DNA from: Candidatus Aenigmatarchaeota archaeon
GTDB taxonomy: Archaea; Aenigmatarchaeota; Aenigmatarchaeia; QMZP01
Reading direction: 5' to 3'
NCBI GenBank assembly: GCA_030670085.1
Contig: DAOVCJ010000002.1
Coordinates: 4,975-68,974, forward strand
Length of the DNA stretch: 64,000 nucleotides
Made by a program: the position numbers and the translations under genes
The notes under the pieces: generated by a model
Databases searched by the model: none
Told to the model about the DNA's origin: nothing
Seen by the model: only the letters and a program-made list of their open reading frames with translations
In this document: one piece after another, positions 56,400 through 64,000 of the stretch
Layout: each line of letters opens with the position of its first letter
How positions within the stretch are numbered: the first letter of the stretch is position 1

Positions 56400-58697
56400 A
56401 TGAATATAAGACAAATCTTGGCAGGAGGTTTAGCTGCCATAGCAGCAGGAGCAACAATAGCATTCGGAGCTTTCGGCGCTGGTCTTGGTGACTACGTAGT
56501 TACAGATACAGCACAGCTTTTGTCACCAATGATCGTGATCGGTGGAAGTGCAACAGCACCACCAAACGCAGCAGATGTGTTGGGTGGTATTGACGTCGGA
56601 GTCGCTGTCGCAGGATACGCAACCAAGCTGGTTACGGTCGCAGGCGCTGCTGGTGTACCTTCAGTGACTGATGGTGGATTAATCACCAGTGATCTGAACA
56701 AGACTTACATTGGAAAGACATGGGATCTGGTAAAGTCAACAGTAACAGACACTGAGTTGCCGGTGTTGCTGGCAACAGGTACATTCATTGACGTAAACAC
56801 ATCAGAGATTTCCTACCAGTCGCAGATTGAGCCTGGTTCAGGACTTACCGTATCTTATGGTACAACTGTAGATTTCCAGGAACCATTCCTTTACACCACA
56901 TTCGGTTCTGGAGGAAAATACAACACAACAGTCCTGTTCCTTGGTGGACTCGATCCAAGTGCGGTGGGCTCTGACTACAGCATAGAGCTTTACGGCAGTG
57001 ATTTCACTTTCGGACCAACATCAACCCAGGGACTTCAAAAGCTGACCCTGTATTCATCTGTGGGAGCACAGACTGTATCCCTCACTGTGGGCGGTTCGGT
57101 AGATGTAACAGTTGAAGGAAGCGCATACACAATAGAGATGTTTGCTTACCAAACATCGCCCGCTGGGGTTGCGCTGAAAATAAATGGAGCCTCAACAACA
57201 CCAACAGTATGGATAGAGGGCGGAACCTACTCACTACCCGGTTCAACAACAAAGATTCTGGTAAACGATGTGTCAGTGCTTCAGCAGGGTGGTGCACAGG
57301 GTGGAATGGTAACAGGATCGTGCCAGTTGTTCATCGGGACTAGCAAGATTGTATTCGAAGACGGAATGCAGATATACAAGAACGATGTCGTCTTGACAAA
57401 CACAAAGGTATCAATAGAAAACACATCCTCAAAGATAATAAAGCTTGAGGTTGAGATAGGACCTGACATGGATAACAATCTCAAGGACGGTGAGTCGTTC
57501 ACAGACCCGGTATGGGGAACATTCAAATGGAACTTAGGTGGCATGACACCCGGAATAACAAGCGACGTCAGGGAACAGATAAAGATTGACAGGGACGGTA
57601 GCAACAGGGTGAAGTTGACGTTCACCAACAGGGACGGCAACGAGAACGGCGTGGATGTATATTACGGTTCTGGTGCCGCATTCACACAGACAGTTGACGG
57701 GACCCATGCATTCCACACAAAACAACTCAACAGTTCAGAGTCAGGTTGGCAAAACATAGCAATAGGTGACTACTTCGTTGTCAACACGGACAAGAGAACA
57801 AGGATATTCAAGTACGACACATACTACCCAGCTTTAGGAAAGGAGTACGTGCAGTTCAGTGACATAGGAAGCGGAGTCATTTACAAGGTCTATTACAAGA
57901 CTGACTCATTCCTTAGGATTGGAACGCAGACACACAACGTGTCCTACGACTCCAGCACACACAGCGTAGCAGTCGATCTTTCCGGTGGTGACCCAACCTG
58001 GACTGCAAACGCAACAGTGAGTATGTACACAAGAGAAGAAGCAAGGATAGACCTAGAAAACCCATTCATAAACGTAACAGAATCACCGCTGTACACAATA
58101 GGTAACGACCCATTAGGAGAGGTAATATCCTTCCTAGCAAGTTACTCTGCATCAAACGGTGCTTTGTTCACAACAAATACAACAACCCATGACGTTGGAA
58201 CAACTTTCGAGGACAAGGCATTAACAAGCTACGGTACATTCATTGACTTGCTTGGTGACTCTGTAGGTATAAAGAACGTTGTGGTCTACTACCCAGGAAA
58301 GAGACCTGCATACGCTAATGTCGCTGTCGGAGCAAACCCATCAATAACAGTTGGTGAGGCAGCAGGCGGAACCGTTGAACAGGCAGTGAAGATTACCCAG
58401 CCGGTTGCAAAGTTCGCATCTGAAATATCAAGCCCATCAGGTATAACATCAGACTTGATCCTGATTGGTGGACCATGCGCGAACTCCTTGGTGGCAACAT
58501 TGATGAACACCACACTTGCAACCTGTTTCGCTGACTGGCAGGCATACGACGGTGGAATCACAGAAGGTATCATAAAGGAATTCACCGACGCATTCGGTTC
58601 TGGTCAGAAGGCACTGGTAGTCGCAGGTACGAACGCTGCAGACACAAGAACTATGGCTGCTAAGGTAATGCAAGGAACACTTAATTACCAGAACTAA
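56400..58697 (+). CDS. S-layer protein
   Basis: Signal peptide, MIVIGGSA..AADVLGG, C-terminal DLILIGGPCANSL and LVVAGTNAADT; T/S/G-rich, many N-x-S/T; GGAGG RBS. Confidence 0.9.
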   Translation: MNIRQILAGGLAAIAAGATIAFGAFGAGLGDYVVTDTAQLLSPMIVIGGSATAPPNAADVLGGIDVGVAVAGYATKLVTVAGAAGVPSVTDGGLITSDLNKTYIGKTWDLVKSTVTDTELPVLLATGTFIDVNTSEISYQSQIEPGSGLTVSYGTTVDFQEPFLYTTFGSGGKYNTTVLFLGGLDPSAVGSDYSIELYGSDFTFGPTSTQGLQKLTLYSSVGAQTVSLTVGGSVDVTVEGSAYTIEMFAYQTSPAGVALKINGASTTPTVWIEGGTYSLPGSTTKILVNDVSVLQQGGAQGGMVTGSCQLFIGTSKIVFEDGMQIYKNDVVLTNTKVSIENTSSKIIKLEVEIGPDMDNNLKDGESFTDPVWGTFKWNLGGMTPGITSDVREQIKIDRDGSNRVKLTFTNRDGNENGVDVYYGSGAAFTQTVDGTHAFHTKQLNSSESGWQNIAIGDYFVVNTDKRTRIFKYDTYYPALGKEYVQFSDIGSGVIYKVYYKTDSFLRIGTQTHNVSYDSSTHSVAVDLSGGDPTWTANATVSMYTREEARIDLENPFINVTESPLYTIGNDPLGEVISFLASYSASNGALFTTNTTTHDVGTTFEDKALTSYGTFIDLLGDSVGIKNVVVYYPGKRPAYANVAVGANPSITVGEAAGGTVEQAVKITQPVAKFASEISSPSGITSDLILIGGPCANSLVATLMNTTLATCFADWQAYDGGITEGIIKEFTDAFGSGQKALVVAGTNAADTRTMAAKVMQGTLNYQN

Positions 58698-58734
58698 AGC
58701 CTCTATACGATAGGGATTTATTAAAATCCCTCCC

Positions 58735-58757
58735 TTTTTTCTTTTTTTAAGCTTTTT
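58735..58757 (+). terminator. Oligo-T terminator after S-layer gene
   Basis: GGGATTT/AAATCCC hairpin followed by T-runs. Confidence 0.6.
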
Positions 58758-58801
58758 ACAGGTAAGTATATCGCCAGCTAACTATAAATTTAAAGTGACC
58801 T

Positions 58802-59863
58802 TTAGAAGGGTCTCTGTTCCCTTCTGAGCCTCATGAGACTCGGTGTATTCCCTGCAAAACTGAGGATGTGGGAATAGAAGTTGTTTATTTCATTCTCAGA
58901 GAGCTTTGCCACGTTGTCGGCCTCTATCAGGGGAGCGGGCAGACCGTAACCTGAGTGGTGACCGGATATTGCGAGCAGGACAGATGCAATTCGATTTTCA
59001 TCTTTCCCTCGAAGGAAATCTACCTTTATGGGTCTGTCAAACTTTGCGGTCTTCAGATAGAATGAGAAGATATTCTTCCCCAAATCCCCGAAGTCCCTCA
59101 GAACAGGATGCTCCTCTGGCTTCTTTGAATAGGGGAACGTTTTGCTCTTCTCTCCCTTTTCCAGAACCCAGAAAAGAAGGTTGGTATCCCTTGTCTTTTC
59201 CAGAATACCCTCCAGTTCCGGGACGAGGTTATGCTTAACCTTCGCAAGGATATCTTCCCTTATCATTCTGCAGAAAGAATTCCCCCTCGAGTCCTCTATT
59301 ACGCCTAAAAGGCAGACATCGTTATCCTTCGCCCCCATATAGAGTTTTTTGCAATCTGAGATGAGTTCCTTGTAGTTCTCATAAACCGCAGAAGACCTGG
59401 ATGGTTTGTCTGAGTAATGGGGAACAATGGAACCGTCCATGAGCAGAAAATCCGGCTTGAATTTATCTATGCAATCCAGAGCGGTCTTGACTTCTAGCCT
59501 CTGCCTAGATATCGATGTGAAGTATGCCCAATCCATGTCAGACAAAGCCTCGATAATCTCAGGCTTTGGGAGAGGAATCCTTGAGGGAAGATAATCAACC
59601 TTCTCAATCTTCCCCTGTTTGTAATGGAAGCATGCCCCGGCTGCCCTTACCAGCATGCAGTCAAAACCATGCAGTGATTTCTTTGCAATCCCACCATCAA
59701 CTCCAACAACCTTTAAATCCTTCAATGGGTCAGGTTCCAGTCCATGGATAAGTCCAAAATCAGGGCCCATGTTCTTTAAGAAACCAGCAAGCCTCTTTCT
59801 CTTCTCCTCAGTTGAATTGATTTTCTGCGCGATTTCCTTTATCTTGGGTATCAGTCTCTCCAT
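58802..59863 (-). CDS. nurA: NurA nuclease
   Basis: VGVDGG, LMDGSI, GYGLPAPLIEAD. Confidence 0.88.
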   Translation of the reverse strand: MERLIPKIKEIAQKINSTEEKRKRLAGFLKNMGPDFGLIHGLEPDPLKDLKVVGVDGGIAKKSLHGFDCMLVRAAGACFHYKQGKIEKVDYLPSRIPLPKPEIIEALSDMDWAYFTSISRQRLEVKTALDCIDKFKPDFLLMDGSIVPHYSDKPSRSSAVYENYKELISDCKKLYMGAKDNDVCLLGVIEDSRGNSFCRMIREDILAKVKHNLVPELEGILEKTRDTNLLFWVLEKGEKSKTFPYSKKPEEHPVLRDFGDLGKNIFSFYLKTAKFDRPIKVDFLRGKDENRIASVLLAISGHHSGYGLPAPLIEADNVAKLSENEINNFYSHILSFAGNTPSLMRLRREQRPF

Positions 59864-59904
59864 GACAAAAGTATTGGGAAGAATATTAATAAATTAATCA
59901 GGGA

Positions 59905-62742
59905 TTACTTCTTCCTGAAACCTATCTTAACCTTTTCCTTCTCAAAAGTAAACTTACCCCTTTCGCTTTCCATCCTTCCCAGAGTAAGAGCTACAGACCC
60001 GGTTCCCAACATAATATCCTTTTCCCTCTTCCTCAGAGTATCCTCAACAGCTTTTCCAGATTTAACAAACAACTTTATCTTATCCCTTACGTGAAGTTTT
60101 TCTTTCTTCCTCAGGACCTGGACATGCCTGCTGAATTCCCTTATCAGTTTCTCATCAGAGAGGACCTTACCTAATGCGAGTTTACCACCATCAAACGCTT
60201 TTGTTCTTCCTGATATCCTCTTTACCCAGACAACCCCCTCAACATTGCAGATACCCTTTATCACACCCTCCAGGCTTCGAATCGGCTTCTCAATCCTTAT
60301 GAACATCTTGTCTATGGGCCACCTTAATTTTATCTTCTTCCCCTGCCTAAGGGAACCCGCAGCCTCAGATATCTTCTTTACGGTTTCCATGTTCCTTTCG
60401 AGCGATTTGTTTATTAACTTATTGTCCGGTTTGGGCCAGTCGCAGGCGTGAACGGATTTTCCAGAAAACAGATCCCTGTAAATATGATCCGTTATGAACG
60501 GTGATATTGGAGCTAAAGCCCTCAGAAGATTCTCCATAACCTCAAGAAGCGTGTATTGAGCGGATTTTCTATCACTCCCCTCGTAACTGGGAGAAACCCT
60601 GTCCCTGACTATCTTTATGTACCATCTGGAGAAATCATTAAGAATAAAATCCTCAATCCCCTTGGCAAACCTGTGTACTCTATATTCCCCCATCTCATTT
60701 CCTTTCTCCAAAAGCGTGTTCAGCCTGCTCAGTATCCATCTGTCCTCTATCTTCAGTTCTGGCTTATTCATTTGCTTTTTGGGGACATACGTATCAATGA
60801 ACTGATAAACATTCCAGAATATGTTGAAGATTCTGCTCGTATCCTTCGTGCCTTCCCAGTTGAAGTAGAAATCGTTCCATATGGCAGAGCTTACCAGGTA
60901 GAACCTGAGAACATCCCTTCCGTATTTATCCATAACCTCCTCTGGTGTGACCACGTTCCCCTTTGATTTCGACATCTTCAGTCCCTTGGCATCCAGCACA
61001 AAGCCGTGTAGAAGGATGTTCCTGAACGGCGACCTGTTAAAGGTCAGAACAGATGTAATCATCTGGGAGTTCCACCATCCCCTGAACTGGTCTGGCCCCT
61101 CGGTCTGGAAATCAGACGGCCACATCTTCTTGAAAAGGTTCTTCTTTCTCGGATAGCCCAGGGATGCCCACGTGCACACGCCGGAATCGAACCAAACGTC
61201 CAATACGTCTTTTACCCTTGTCATTTCCTTTCCGCACTTGCATTTTATTTTAACGTTGTCTATCTCTGGTCTGTGGAAATCTATCTCCTTCTTTAAGCCA
61301 GATTTTTTCTTCAACTCAGCAAAGGAGCCTATAACCTCTATCTCCCCACACTCACATTCCCATATGGGTAGAGGAATACCCCAGTACCTCTGCCTTGAAA
61401 CAGGCCAGTCAGAGAGATTTTCAAGCCAGTCCTTGAACCTTTCTCCTGCCCACTTGGGTATCCACTTTACCTTTTTGTTCTCCTGTAGGAGTTTTTTCCT
61501 TATCGCGGTTACCCTGAAGAACCACTGTGGAACATTTATCATTAGCAGCGGGGTATCACATCTCCAGCATATTGGATAATCATGGGTGTAAGGATGCTTG
61601 TACGCAAGCAGGCCAAGCTCCTCAAGATCCCTTACTATCTCCTGGTCCACCTCCCTTGCCCTCTTGCCTGCGTATTTGCCAGCCTCCTTTGTCATCAGAC
61701 CGCTTATCTCAACAGGACATACAACAGGAAGGCCATGCTTTGTTCCCTCATCAAAGTCCTCCTTACCATGACCAGGGGCGGTATGGACGAGACCAGTTCC
61801 CTCTTCAAGGTTCACATACCTCTCAGAAAGTATGATCCTGTACGCCTTCTTAAGACCCGGAAACTTGATATATTTCTCCAAGGGAGCAGTATACTGGAGG
61901 TCTTTCAGCTCCTTGCCTGGAAATTCCCTTAGAACCCTGTATCCAGCCTCTATGGACTCCATGAGTTCTTGGAATCTCTCCTTTGCAATTATCCATATCT
62001 CCCCGTTACCGAGCTGCACCTCCACGTACTTGAACTTGGGATGTACCATCACACCTGTATTTCCCGGAAGAGTCCATGGTGTCGTTGTCCATATTACAAG
62101 GAACTTGTTTTTCTCTCCCTTGACAGGGAATTTTACGTATATTGATGTATCCGTAAGCTTGGTGTAATCAACCTCGTTATACGCAACAACGGTTTCACAT
62201 CTCGGACAAACATGAACAGGATAACCACCCTTGTACAGGAAACCCCTTCCATGCGCTTTCTTGAATGTAAACCATACACCTTCGATGTAATCGTTTTTCA
62301 GGGTTAGGTAGGGGTTTTTCCAGTCCATCCACACCCCAAGATCAGCGAACTGATTAGACATCACGTCTATGTACTTGGTGGCGAACTGTCTGCACTTCTG
62401 AATGAATCTGGAAATTCCGTAGTTCTCAATATCCTTCTTGTTCTTGAATTTCAATTCTTTCTCAACCTGCAGCTCTATCGGGGTCCCATGCGTATCGTAA
62501 CCCGGCTGGTCCCATACATTGAATCCCCACATCCTCCAGAACCTGATGTAAACATCCTTTATTATCTTGTTCCATGCGGTTCCCATGTGGATAGAACCCG
62601 TCGCATACGGCGGACCATCAATGAAATAAAAAGGCTTCCTCCCCTTTCTAAGCTTCCTTACCTTCTCATAAATATTCTTATTTTTCCAGAATCTTATGAC
62701 CTCTTCTTCTATCCTTTTCGGATCGTACGGTTCCATGCTCAC
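59905..62742 (-). CDS. ileS: Isoleucyl-tRNA synthetase
   Basis: DGPPYATG.IHMG, WTTTPWTLP, GTGLVHTAPGHG, SRQRYWG, KMSKS. Confidence 0.97.
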   Translation of the reverse strand: MSMEPYDPKRIEEEVIRFWKNKNIYEKVRKLRKGRKPFYFIDGPPYATGSIHMGTAWNKIIKDVYIRFWRMWGFNVWDQPGYDTHGTPIELQVEKELKFKNKKDIENYGISRFIQKCRQFATKYIDVMSNQFADLGVWMDWKNPYLTLKNDYIEGVWFTFKKAHGRGFLYKGGYPVHVCPRCETVVAYNEVDYTKLTDTSIYVKFPVKGEKNKFLVIWTTTPWTLPGNTGVMVHPKFKYVEVQLGNGEIWIIAKERFQELMESIEAGYRVLREFPGKELKDLQYTAPLEKYIKFPGLKKAYRIILSERYVNLEEGTGLVHTAPGHGKEDFDEGTKHGLPVVCPVEISGLMTKEAGKYAGKRAREVDQEIVRDLEELGLLAYKHPYTHDYPICWRCDTPLLMINVPQWFFRVTAIRKKLLQENKKVKWIPKWAGERFKDWLENLSDWPVSRQRYWGIPLPIWECECGEIEVIGSFAELKKKSGLKKEIDFHRPEIDNVKIKCKCGKEMTRVKDVLDVWFDSGVCTWASLGYPRKKNLFKKMWPSDFQTEGPDQFRGWWNSQMITSVLTFNRSPFRNILLHGFVLDAKGLKMSKSKGNVVTPEEVMDKYGRDVLRFYLVSSAIWNDFYFNWEGTKDTSRIFNIFWNVYQFIDTYVPKKQMNKPELKIEDRWILSRLNTLLEKGNEMGEYRVHRFAKGIEDFILNDFSRWYIKIVRDRVSPSYEGSDRKSAQYTLLEVMENLLRALAPISPFITDHIYRDLFSGKSVHACDWPKPDNKLINKSLERNMETVKKISEAAGSLRQGKKIKLRWPIDKMFIRIEKPIRSLEGVIKGICNVEGVVWVKRISGRTKAFDGGKLALGKVLSDEKLIREFSRHVQVLRKKEKLHVRDKIKLFVKSGKAVEDTLRKREKDIMLGTGSVALTLGRMESERGKFTFEKEKVKIGFRKK

Positions 62743-62896
62743 CCCTATTCTATTATTTGGCCTCCATTATATATCAAATTTCTAACAGAAAACAGAACAA
62801 AGCAAGGGCTACGGAAATCATTTTCAGGCCCAGATCCGGTGTCCACCCTTCATCTAAATCACTTAGGTTATTATTAGAACAATCCTATTTAAATTT

Positions 62897-64000
62897 TTAT
62901 CCCAACTGATCTTCTGGAATGAATTCCTTTTTTACAGGATATTTTCCATTAAAGCATGCCTTACAGGTGTCAGTAAGACCTATCGCCTTGTCAAGGTCTT
63001 CCTCTGTCGGGTATAAGACAAAATCCAGACCCAGATCCTTGGCCACTTTCTTGCCTATCTCCTCAGCAGATCCCCTTAAGCCCAGGGCAGCAAATGTTTT
63101 GCCTCCAGGATCTTTGACGCATGCATGACTAAGCGGGGGACAGGATATTATTGCACCAAAGGTTTTCGCCCCTAATCTCTTTGCCTTGGGTGCCATGCCA
63201 TACTTGAAAACACTTCCCCTCACGATGCTGTCATCACCTGCACCGGATTTTTTACCCTTCAAAACATGCTCATTGAAATAAAATTTGGTCCGTGATGCTA
63301 TTTCTCTAAGTATGGGTTCCTCTATCTGGAAGGTTCTTGGGGCAGTTGGGTTTTTTTCAACAGCTTCTTCAAAAGGAACAAACGCATCCTGCAGATCGGA
63401 TTCCAGGTATTTTATAATTTCCTTCTTGTTTTTCATTCCCCTTGAGTTTTCTATAATATCTTGAAGTCTCCTACGGGTCAGGGCCTGCTGAAACCCAGTT
63501 GCAACACCCCTTCCTGAATCAGGGGAACATATTACCTGATCTGTGTCAACATCAGGGTATCTTTTTGCTAAGAACTCTCCAAGTTTTTTCCTGACCAGAT
63601 AGACGTTCTTCCCCTCTATATCAGACACAGGACTTGCAAAGTAGACCCATTCAAATGCGCAGTGGGCATGGTCTTGTCTCACCAAGACCCTATCCTTCAT
63701 TCCCTTCTTGGAAATCACTATCATCTCTCCTGGCTCCACATCCCTTACAAAATCAGCATCTATGTTCTGGAATATCTTACTCTCGGATGCTATAATATAT
63801 TTATTTTCCCTGCTTCCTATGCATAGCGGCTTAATACCTTTCGGGTCCCTGAAAGCAATGAGGTAATACTCACCATCTCTGTAATCCCTTATATTTACAA
63901 CAACGTTGTAGGGTCCTCTACCATCAAATTCTTCCATTATAAGCTCCCCTGCCTTAAAGAAGTCATCTGCTTCTGATAACGATTTAGAAACTATGGCCCT
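62897..64000 (-). CDS. purF: Amidophosphoribosyltransferase (3' part; frame open to window edge)
   Basis: RDPKGIKPL, ASES, CAFEWVYF, PDSG, DDSIVRG, CKACFNGKYP. Confidence 0.92.
   Translation of the reverse strand, partial: RAIVSKSLSEADDFFKAGELIMEEFDGRGPYNVVVNIRDYRDGEYYLIAFRDPKGIKPLCIGSRENKYIIASESKIFQNIDADFVRDVEPGEMIVISKKGMKDRVLVRQDHAHCAFEWVYFASPVSDIEGKNVYLVRKKLGEFLAKRYPDVDTDQVICSPDSGRGVATGFQQALTRRRLQDIIENSRGMKNKKEIIKYLESDLQDAFVPFEEAVEKNPTAPRTFQIEEPILREIASRTKFYFNEHVLKGKKSGAGDDSIVRGSVFKYGMAPKAKRLGAKTFGAIISCPPLSHACVKDPGGKTFAALGLRGSAEEIGKKVAKDLGLDFVLYPTEEDLDKAIGLTDTCKACFNGKYPVKKEFIPEDQLG

Noticed and set aside
59451..59480. Degenerate hairpin-element match inside nurA
   Set aside because: Stem mismatch, loop departs from consensus and it lies in the catalytic region; probably chance.

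Overview
Archaeal chromosomal window, probably DPANN-like; this is inferred from gene content and multi-intron tRNAs, not proven. It is mostly housekeeping genes: DRG GTPase, KsgA, topoisomerases VI and IA, a rearranged ribosomal superoperon with Rpo3/NusA/aIF1/Rpp29, Rad50, RPA, SMC, NurA, EF-1alpha, IleRS, PurF, UppS, GGR plus ferredoxin, GlmS/GlmU and an S-layer gene. It also holds an SRP RNA, a three-intron tRNA-Leu with an AAG anticodon and a two-intron tRNA-Ser(GGA). The main unexplained signal is a dispersed 30-nt hairpin family (8-bp covarying stem, 14-nt loop with an invariant A): 13 intact copies plus 2 interrupted by a nested copy. All copies lie on the strand of the host or downstream gene. 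They occur in tRNA BHB introns, leaders and intercistronic gaps, inside each other, and in frame in a protein N-terminus. Wherever unit size can be measured it is 45-48 nt, the length of the two tRNA introns carrying it, suggesting an undescribed mobile micro-intron-like RNA element. Other candidates: an MtrA-like corrinoid protein + divergent thymidylate synthase + dCTP deaminase operon, an HTH regulator fused to an S-layer domain next to the S-layer gene, a tailed coiled-coil histone, and a membrane-anchored Lon-C/DUF151 pair.
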